DNA of 64,000 nucleotides from Paramecium tetraurelia. Taxonomy: Eukaryota. The position numbers were made by a program, and so were the translations under genes. The notes under the pieces are model-generated. The model worked only from the letters and a program-made list of their open reading frames with translations. It did not search any database and was not told where the DNA came from. Positions within the stretch are counted from its first letter, which is position 1, and each line of letters begins with the position of its first letter. The DNA lies in contig CT867986.1 in the NCBI GenBank assembly GCA_000165425.1, positions 310,001 to 374,000 of the forward strand, written 5' to 3'. This document shows, one piece after another, positions 54,573-64,000 of the stretch.

Positions 54573-55845
54573 ATGGAGGATCTCTTGGAATGCACTAAAT
54601 GCGGAAATGAAGTAGATTAAATATTAGCATTGTCATGTGAACATAATCTATGTCTTTTATGTTCAGCCAAACTTTATAATAAACTATAATGTCAAACATT
54701 AGTTTGTGAAATCTGTTCCTCATAAACCCTTTTGGATCCCTCTGCAATCGAAGTCTTACAAGATATGTACAAATTGCAGTCATCTCGAATGTCAACTGCA
54801 AATTTAAAAAGCTCAAGATAACAAATCCAATATTAAGCATCCACTCATTCAAAAGCATCCTAAATTCATCTTAATACTCAACAAGGATTGACAGTGACAT
54901 GTTAATAACATGCAAGTGAAGAAGCATTACTTTATTGCTATTCATGCGAAACCCCTTGTTTTTGTATGGAATGTTATCTCTAAGGATTGCATAAAAATCA
55001 TGAGGTTAAGAATGTCCAAAAGTCTTATTCAATCATTAGAACAACTAAAGTAAAACCATTTCATTAATTTTAGGCTGATCAATTCTATTAGAAGGTGAAA
55101 TCTAGTTAAGATCAATTATTGCAGGATTAATGTAAATTTGCTGCAAAAAAGAAAGAATTAGTTGAAATCAACACTTCCACAAAAATGTAGATTCAATCTA
55201 ACTTTTAAGAATTATACAAAGCTCTTTAATTGAAAGAGTCTGAACTTATCTAAGTAGCAGATGATACTATGTGTGAGAAGGTCAAAGAAATAGATGCTGA
55301 AGTTCAAAAGATCTAAGCATAAATGGATGTATTAATTTATATCAATATATTTATAGAAATTGAATGACGTTTTAAGTGACATAGAATCATATTTCCCTGA
55401 TCATCCAGATCAAAGTCAAGCTATCATGGCTTTTAATTACATTGCTCTAAACAATAGGAAAATAGATTAACTTACAAGAACCATTCTTACTGAGAGAAAT
55501 ACTTGGGGTGCTTCATTATAGTTACAATACTAATTGGATCCACAGAGCATCATTTAATAGATTGAAGATATCAGATCTACCAAACTTAAAATCATGTCTT
55601 TGAGAGCGTTAGAAACTGTCGAACCTACTATCAATGAAAAGAAATTGTATGAAAGAGCGAGAGAGGATAGAACTAAAAGGTTGTTTTAATTTTAAACTCC
55701 CATTCAGTCATTAGTGTAGGATGAAAATAAGGAGAATAATTAATCTTTCATTGCAAATAACGGCGAGTAAACTCAATTATCGGAGTTTCAAAGGAAATTT
55801 TAAGAAGCAAAGAGAACTTTATCATAAAGATAAAAATTAAATTGA
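54573..55845 (+). CDS. RING-HC + B-box + coiled-coil (RBCC/TRIM-like) protein
   Basis: CTKC...SCEHNLCLLC...VCEIC (C3HC4); CQQHASEEALLYCYSCETPCFCMECYLQGLHKNHEV (B-box type 2); coiled coil follows. Confidence 0.85.
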
Positions 55846-55920
55846 AAAATATTAGAATTCTATATCTATATTAAAATTAATATATTATAGCCTAATTTTG
55901 GATGAATATAATTATTGAAT

Positions 55921-56552
55921 TCATTTTGGGGGACTTACAGCCTGTTAACGATATATGCGATTATATTGCTCCTTAGGAAGTGTGTGGTAATCGATAATTT
56001 ATTTCTTGATCAAAGAGTTATTTAGATTTTAGTTTTAGGATACATATGATGCATCAATTGAAGACATCTAAATCGAATTATTCACCTTCTATTTTCTTTT
56101 AAGGAATTCATTGTCATTTTTCTTCTTTATTTTTTCCTCCCTCTCCAATTAGGATAACCTAATATATAATTAGTTAAGTACTCCTTTTTGCCTTTAACAA
56201 ATTATAATGCTCTTTAAGTTTCTATTTCTAATTTTTACTTTTCTTATTTTTTTTGTTCTGCTAATTCCTTTTTCACTTATTCCATCTCCAACTCCCGTTA
56301 CTTTTTCTTCAAGTAATTCTCCTTTTAAATTAAGAATAATCTTTCATCTTCCACTGGTTTCAAACCACCAGAGCCCTTTTTATTTTTTATGAGGAGTTAT
56401 CTTTTGGTCTTCTTCTCTATTTTTTTTGGGTCCTCAATAACCTTCTCCTTCTTCAACTCTTCAGGCAAGAACCTTGTATCCGGCGGAGGTTATGGAGGTT
56501 ATAGTTTTTGCATTCGATCCACTAATTTTTACATTCTCGAAAAGTCGTACAT
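55921..56552 (-). CDS. Hypothetical K/E-rich protein
   Basis: MYDFSRMQKLVDRMQKLQPPQPPPDTRFLPEE...; one 23-nt intron; ends QAVSPPK-TGA. Confidence 0.75.
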
Positions 56553-56711
56553 AGATTTTAGATATTTTATTTATTATCTTAAAAAGCATTAAATAAGAAT
56601 TTATTAAACTAAAATATTTCACCACTTTAGAAACAACTTCAAATTAACATTAGATTTCATAATTTTATAACTGATAATTTTATAATATATTTCATTTATT
56701 TATTATTTAAA

Positions 56712-58580
56712 ATGGCATCTGCCACAAAAGAGAAACAATTAAAAAAAAAAGAGAAGGAAGACCAAATCCAAAGCAGGTCCTTAGGCAATTTTCATAATTT
56801 GGAATTGTTGTGTAAAGCAGACGATAGATAAAAAAAAACATTAGAAAAGATAATCAAATAAAAACCTGACTTAGCCAGAAGTTTAAACATATATGCCGAC
56901 GGAGTTAAATATTACATAGCAAGATAATAACAGAGAGATAAATTGTTGGCAGGAAAAGACCTACCTTTGATGGAAGTTTCAGAGGAATAACTATAATTGC
57001 CATCACTACCTCTCATAACGAACAGACAAATGGCAAGGTAATACAATAAGGATTTATTCCCCCCCAGACTTTTAAGTGAAAGTTTGGAAAAACAAAATAG
57101 AAAATAAATCAATCCAAATAATTACACTCCTTTCGCAAATAGACAAAGAGTAGCAATCCCTGCATTAAATCCACCTATGAAAATCAACAGAGACAGAGAT
57201 TTGCCTAAATTAAAGGTACATGCTGAAAATATGTATAGTTTAATTATTTTGTTGGGTCTGGCAACAATGGAGAACTAGTAAAACGAATATTATAAAAGAG
57301 AGAGCAATATTGGACTGCAGTACCTTTAACATTCTAATATAAACACTTCATGTGGTAACAATCATACAATGGTATGGATTTTAATCGCTTAACTCAATAA
57401 GAGAGTTCATTTGCAAGAGTAATGTATAATTTCTTCGAGTTTCATAAGAATATTACTTCAAAGACAGGTACATAGCAGAATTAAATTTAGGTTTGTCGTA
57501 ATCTTTACTCTAATATTATAATAACATTGAGAAAACCTTTGATATAATACCTTTAGTTTTTATCATTAATTTTAAGAACTGTGATTGGATGAAAGATATT
57601 CAGTAATTCACAGAATTTTATCAAGCTAATAACCCATTAGTATAAGCCACTATGAAATCCACTTTAGACTTTGATTTTTATGTATCCAATTTGGTAGGTA
57701 CAAAAGTGAATTACAATGGAATAAAGACTTATAAAATGTAGGAAACCTTGACTAGTAAATCCTAATATTTATGGCTTTTAAAACCAGCGGATTGGAATAG
57801 GGGAGAAGGTGTTCATGTGTTCAACACTCTTGAAGAGGTTGAGACTTTAATAAAGTCATACTATTATGGCAAAGGGAACTATGAGTGCAAAGAGTTTGTG
57901 ATTCAAAAATATATTGAGAGACCATTATTGTTGAGTGGAAGAAAATTTGATATAAGATGTTGGGTCCTCGTATCTTAAGAGATGCAATACTTTTTATTTA
58001 AAGAGGCTTATATTAGAACAAGTGGAACAGCATTTTCATTAGATAATGTAAAATAAAAAATAATAAATTAGAAAGATAGATATATTCATTTGACGAATAA
58101 TGCAGTTTAAAAGAATGCCTAAAATTATGGATAATTTGAAGATGGCAATCAATTATCTTTGAATAGATTTTAATAATTATTAGAGTAAGTCTAACAATTA
58201 AAAGTAGCTAATAGGAGACAACTTATAATTTCAGAAAGTAGGGATGGCCAATGATAAAGGATGTGGTTAAAATAACTATGAATTCAACAAGAATGAATAA
58301 GAGAAATAGAAAATATGGGATGCAATTATTGGGTTATGATTTCATGATTGATGAAAATCTTAAATTGTGGTTGATAGAAGTCAATGCGAACCCGTGTTTG
58401 GAAGAGAGTTCGAATCTGTTAAAAATGCTGATTCCTAGGATGTTGGATGATGCTTTTAAGTTGACATTGGATTAAGTATTCACCCCTGAAGTGGACTTTG
58501 GTGTTTGGCAGCCCAAATTTAAAGTGGATGAATATGAGGACCAGGAGAATATGTGGGAATCATTGGGATTTTGCAGTTGA
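56712..58580 (+). CDS. Tubulin-tyrosine ligase-like (TTLL) enzyme, probably glycylase-type
   Basis: WLLKPADWNRGEGVHVF, FVIQKYIERPLLLSGRKFDIRCWVLV, YIHLTNNAVQK, QLLGYDFMIDENLKLWLIEVNANPCL. Subfamily is an inference. Confidence 0.93.
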
Positions 58581-58656
58581 AAAATTAACTAAGTATATAA
58601 ATATTTATATATGATTATAAAATATATAAAGATTTAAATAAATATTTAAATTTAAT

Positions 58657-59874
58657 ATGGATTAATAAACAGAATAAGATAAGCTTGAATCAATAGCTAC
58701 TCCAGGAGTATTAGATAAATATCAAAATGCAGGCAAGATTGTAAATGGTATTTTTTTTAATTTAATAATGATCAGTTGTTCTTGAAAAAGTGATTGCCAA
58801 AATATAGCCAGATGCTGACATAGCTTCCATTTGTGCTTTTGGAGATCAGGAGATTAATGGAGAACTACAAAAAGTTTACAATAAGAAAAATATAGAAAAA
58901 GGCTTGGCATTTCCAACAACTATTTCTGTCAATCAAATATGCGGACATTATTCTCCATTGAAGTCTGAAAACAGTAATTTAGCAAAGGGAGACGTGGCTA
59001 AGATGTAAAATTAATAATAAATAATAGTTAATTGGGTGTTCATATTGATGGATATATTGCAATTGCTGCACACACAGTTGTAGTAGGAGAAGCTTAAGTA
59101 GAAGGCTAAAAGGCTGATGTGATATTGGCTGCTTACTAATCAGTTTAAGCTCTTTTCAGATCAATCAAACCAGGTACTACAAATACAGCTTTAACAAAAC
59201 TTATTTAATAAATTGCAGATGACCACAAATGCACTCCTTTGGAAGGTGTTTTGAGTCACGAAGTCAAGAGACATTTTATTGATGGAAACAAAGTCATCAT
59301 CAATAGAGAAACCCAAGAATAAAGAGTCGATGAAGAAGAAATTCAAGTCAATGATGTTTTTGTTTTGGATGTGTACATTACAACTGGTGATGGAAAGACC
59401 AAAGAAGTAAAATTCTAATCTTATCCCTATAGTCTGATTTGAGAACTACAGTCTACAAAAGAGCATTGGATAGATAATACTAATTAAAAACTAAACATGG
59501 CAGAGCCTTCATGTAAGAGGTCTATGAAAAATATCCATCTTTGTGTTTCTCATTGAGAGCTTTCGAAGATGAAATCACAGCTAAATTAGCAGTTCAAGAA
59601 TGTGCAAAACACGAATTATTGAATCCATATCCTATTTTGATTAGTCCAAATAGCATTGTAGCATAATTCACAATTACTGTTGCAGTTCTAGCCAATAGCA
59701 CAATTTAAATTTCAGGTTTGAAGTTGGACGAGACTAAATTCAAGTCTGCTCATGATCTTAATGATCCTGCCCTCAAAGAATTATTGAAAGTATTTCAATC
59801 ATTTATCCCCTTAGTTGCCAATGGACAAAGATTCATAAAAAAAAAGACAATAAGAGCAAAAACAAAAAGCTTGA
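58657..59874 (+). CDS. PA2G4: Proliferation-associated 2G4/EBP1 (M24 pita-bread fold, ribosome-associated)
   Basis: VLDKYQNAGKIVN, EKGLAFPTTISVNQICGHYSPL, LGVHIDGYIAIAAHT, EGVLSHEVKRHFIDGNKVII, RTTVYKR, YQLKTK. Confidence 0.92.
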
Positions 59875-60059
59875 TGATATATATCATAGTAGTAATATAG
59901 GTATATTAATAATTATAAATGCAAATATTAATCATTTAAATCTATCTCATTGAGATGACTCAAAATAACATATAAATATATATATGTAAATTGAATGATA
60001 GAGGCATTTCAACTTTCATTTGTTATAATTTATTATTAAATAAAATAAATTAGAATGAA

Positions 60060-61726
60060 TCAAATATTACCGTTATTGAGTTATTATTTTATAGGTTCAC
60101 TTGCCTAAGTAAAATTATCAAGCTCATATCCATTAAATTATGCTAATTATAGATTATCTCATACCTTAGATTGAATTTCTCCTTAACATTATAACATTTT
60201 GTTAAATCAATTCGTTATTTTCTTCATCCTCTATAGATATTTATCTAGCATCAAAGTTATCCTCCGTTTACTATAAATACTAATGACTAAGATTACATGA
60301 GGAATAAATGGTGCCTTTAACTCCTTATTATAGAGCTTTTACCATGGAAAATTTTTAAACCAAGAATGTTATCTCAATTCTTAGGGTCCATTAAAACCTA
60401 ATCTATTTGCAGGTTTTCTTTAAATTAACTAATATAAGAATAAAATCTAAAGTTTACTCGATTGATAAAATCAGCTGATTCTAGAGACCAATTGTCAGGA
60501 ATTTCTGATCTTTTAATTTGGACTTGCTTAGCCAATATTTAATCTCTAATTTCTTTACGAGATCTTCCTGTGTAAGGTCTCTATTCTAGTTTAAAACGAA
60601 TACTTTGCCAAGCATAAATTCATAACCAATAACTCCTAAGGCAAAGTAATCAACCGCATATGAATGGTTCTAACGACACATTACTTCAGGAGCCATATAT
60701 CCAGGTGTTCCACTTGTATCTTAAGCATTATCAGGTCTCAAAACTCTAGCAATGCCTAAATCAGTAATTCTAACATATCCTATTAATTTGATAGTAGTAT
60801 TACCATTTTTGTCTAAGACTAAATTCTCTGGTTTGATGTCTCTATGTATTATATTTTTAGAGTGCATATGTTCTAATCCTAGAAAGATGCAAGCCATAAA
60901 AAATCCTCTTTGTTGTACAATGAACACTTACTTGTTTGATCCTCACTGAATCTACGCATTCTTCCTATGTGATATCTCAGATCTCCTCCTTGCATGTAAT
61001 CCAATACATAAAAATAAGTTTTCTCTGTCTTAGAAGGCAAAGTAGATGTTAACAAGAAAGCTAGAATTTACATATAGATAATTACGGATGCTTAAGATTA
61101 CTCAATATACTTCTTTCGTTCATAACAGAATTTACACTTTTTTTAGCAATGATCCTTTTGATATGAGAATATATTAATACAAAGCTTTAGACATCTCTTT
61201 CATAGCATAAGTCTAACCATTTTTTTTGTGTTCTACTCTCCAAACCTTACCAAACCCACCAATTCCAATAACATACAAAAAATTAAACATGTTTCTCTAA
61301 ACGACTACTTCATTGGGGAAGTAATTATTTTACATGAATGATGATTATTATTGTTTATGTTAATTCTGTTATTGTTGAACTACTTGTTTCTCTTGTTCTT
61401 CATCCTCTTTTTTAAGTATCAAATAATTTAGAAATGACATCTATTGAGTTTATTTAGGTTTAGAAATTGATGATTTTTTGGAATGATTAGCCGATGTAGA
61501 TTAACTAGACTATACTGAAATCTTCTACATGGCATGCATCAATGGAGAAGGAGAATGATCGTTGTGTTCATTCCATCTATTAAATAATTGTATATTATAT
61601 TCATTACCTATTATTATGTATATTTTGGGCTCCTTGGTTTCCTTGATTTAGTAAGCTTTTGTCACCTCTGTTAGCTTACCCTGAATCTTATCTAGAATGA
61701 GGAAATCTGTAATTCAAACCTTTCAT
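60060..61726 (-). CDS. AGC-group Ser/Thr protein kinase
   Basis: [88 protein letters not shown]; many short introns. Confidence 0.93.
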
Positions 61727-61860
61727 TTATATTATTTATTATATTATATATTTTTTTGTAAATTATAATTATCTAAATCTAATTTTTATCCAAATATTAT
61801 ATAAATTTATGAGTTTATAACTCGTAGATATCTCTGGGAACTAAATGAAATAAGATTCTC

Positions 61861-62692
61861 ATGATAAAGATAAATAAAAATTTTAATTGCTTAGAGGCCA
61901 TTTCAGAAAAGAATTTTGATAATCAATTCTAAATATTGATACTTTAATTCATTATCACTTCAGGCTATGATTTATTTTATAGTTCAGAAAAATGTATGGG
62001 GTGGTTTCAGAATTTATCGTTAAGGAATAAAGAGGCTGGTGTCAATCCTTTAATTGTGTGGGATGCTTATATGGGAATTTATGAGTTTTTCGATTCAATT
62101 CGGTATTTCAATAAACAAAAATGTAGTTGCTTAGTACATGCTCAATTAATTTTAAGTTTAATATTTTGTGCGCCTGTATTGCTAATAAATCATTATATAA
62201 TCGTGTTCTTTGGCAATAGGACCATTCAGAATAAAATAAAGAAAATGCCTATATTTTATTATAATAATTCTATGGAAACTACGATGCCAGAATGTAATAA
62301 TTGTCTGGTTGAGTAAGTTGAAAATGACAAAATAACTTAGTTACATTGTAGTAATATGTAAATCTATTGTTTAATATAGGCATCATTTCCACCTCCAATG
62401 TCTATAAGCTTGGATGAGAATAAAATAATAATGTCCAATTTGTAGTAAAAGAATTTGGCAATATTTAACAACCTAATCTAAAAGTTGGAATTTATTATTT
62501 TCTTATACTTCAATTTCCTAATAATATCTGTAATTTATGTCTTTATATAATTATTGCTCTAAAAAATTTGGCAGAATGCATATATCAATTTAAAAATATA
62601 CTTTCTTAAAATTGCTATTAATAAAAATATTTAGAAAAAGGAATGGCATAATACAATTGTTTGTTGAAATTCAATTGGCTTCATTTGATTGA
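61861..62692 (+). CDS. Membrane-associated RING-H2 protein, possibly degenerating; both ends uncertain
   Basis: Hydrophobic LILSLIFCAPVLLINHYIIVFF, then ECNNCLVEQVENDKITQLHCSNMHHFHLQCLQAWMRIKQQCPIC across a 22-nt intron at 62358-62379. First in-frame TGA lies far downstream at 62690-62692. Confidence 0.55.
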
Positions 62693-62699
62693 GTCTTCT

Positions 62700-63099
62700 T
62701 AAGCAGTAACAGAGTTTATAATAACTACTCATTTCTCTAAATATTTTTACATAAGTTTATTATTATTCAAATTTTCCATTTTTTATTTTGAAGCAGAGGC
62801 AATCTTTTATAATATTACCATAGCTTAAAAATAATATTGTTTTTGATGCATCTCATCAAGTCAAAGGTATTTTATACTCCACTCTGTGCTAGAAACATAA
62901 GTGTCTTTATCTAACTTTGATAAAAGTTATTAAAAAATTCTCTATTGATATAGGGAATTTAGAGATATTCAATATTTCTTTGATTCATGTAGTTTCTCAA
63001 ATTTTCTAAAGTTAAACATTGTGCATCCTTTCATGAATCATTAGTCATATAACGCAATTTGATTTTATTTTACTATGTTTTATCACTCATAATATCCAT
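62700..63099 (-). pseudogene. Possible decayed gene with a premature TGA
   Basis: MDIMSDKTQQNKIKLRYMTNDS-TGA(63031-63033)-KDAQCLTLENLRNYMNQRNIEYLQIPYINREFF continues in the same frame. Confidence 0.3.
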
Positions 63100-63156
63100 T
63101 AAGTTTATTTATTCCTAATAAATTTATTGAAATTATTATTAATTATTAACTGTCAC

Positions 63157-63654
63157 ATGAAGTCGAGTGACTTGCTATAGTAATTTAATGATTTCAGAAG
63201 AAAGCTCAAAGCACAAATTTAATCAAATGAAATTACAAAAAGTCCAATAAAAAATTAAGTGAAAACTTAAACTTCCCCCTAAAAGCCTAATTCTGGAATT
63301 AAAACAAAAATTAATCTAACTTAGCATTAAAATAAAATATAAAATAGATGTAATACTATTTAGGCAGTTCCAAATAAAAATCAACTTAAATCCATCAATA
63401 AAAATCTCCAATTATAATGCATCACTCATGAAAAATTATTATCTAAATAGGAGAATGCATAGTCCTTTAAATGCTCTAATCCTTAAGGTAAAAAAGAAAG
63501 TATTGGCATTAATCTCTTAAATCAAGAATAATTGTATCAATTTTATTCTACATTTGAATAAATAACAGAGGATGAAGTTAAATAATTACCAAATGAATAC
63601 AAATAACTTTTAAAATAGTTGGCACAATTTGTAAATAAAAAGCTACCTTAATGA
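63157..63654 (+). CDS. Hypothetical protein, 165 aa
   Basis: Intronless ATG..TGA frame MKSSDLLQQFNDFRRKLK...FEQITEDEVKQLPNEYKQLLKQLAQFVNKKLPQ. Confidence 0.7.
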
Positions 63655-63761
63655 AATTTAGGATCTTCCTCAAGATGAGAAGTTGTATTTACTGATAATA
63701 TAAAATATGTAACTCTATAATTTGCAAATTTTAAGTATAGTAAATGAAAATAAAATCAATG

Positions 63762-64000
63762 TCATTTTTCTTTGTTTTTGAAGTGAATTTAATTGATTAA
63801 TTATTTGAAGACCTCAAACTTTTCGCTAGACTAACATTTATGCTTTATTAAAACATTCATATTTTAAGGAGATTCTTATTATATTTTCTATGTGTTTTCC
63901 TTATTTTCTTCAAATTCATTAGATTTTCCATTAATACACATTTTCTCCCCATATTTTCCATTGATCATAAAATACTTAAGATTATTTTTAGTACCAGATT
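63762..64000 (-). CDS. 3' end of a gene running off the window
   Basis: Open code-6 frame ...KYFMINGKYGEKMCINGKSNEFEENKE...HFKNKEK-TGA. Confidence 0.4.

Overview
AT-rich, gene-dense eukaryotic DNA that reads as a ciliate macronuclear chromosome, most likely Paramecium. Evidence: TAA/TAG are read as Gln inside conserved domains, TGA is the only stop, genes carry many 20-30 nt GT..AG introns, and intergenic gaps are often under 50 nt. The supplied standard-code ORF track is therefore mostly wrong, and all calls below were re-translated by eye with translation table 6. About 42 protein-coding genes and a few decayed remnants are visible. Recognisable products: three protein kinases (CAMK-like, NDR, AGC), a PAS-domain multipass membrane protein, U1A/U2B'', FOP/CEP43, an IQ + DUF4378 (CEP350-like) protein, a C2H2 zinc finger, enoyl-CoA hydratase, an importin-beta, RPL32, a cyclin, a PGG-motif (Jupiter/SPIRAL1-like) microprotein, a dynamin-related GTPase, a vWA protein, SF-assemblin, a Myb protein, a cytosolic carboxypeptidase, a TMBIM-like membrane protein, an EGF-TM-RING-H2 protein, a Bdp1-like SANT protein, a RING/B-box/coiled-coil protein, a TTLL ligase and PA2G4/EBP1. 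I found no RNA gene, transposon, telomere or CRISPR array, and I cannot demonstrate a new biological system. The best leads are the linked FOP and CEP350-like pair, a concentration of microtubule/basal-body genes, extreme gene packing (an ATGA overlap and a 15-nt head-to-head gap), and two E3-ligase architectures that look unusual for a protist. Family names come from motif recognition, not database searches.
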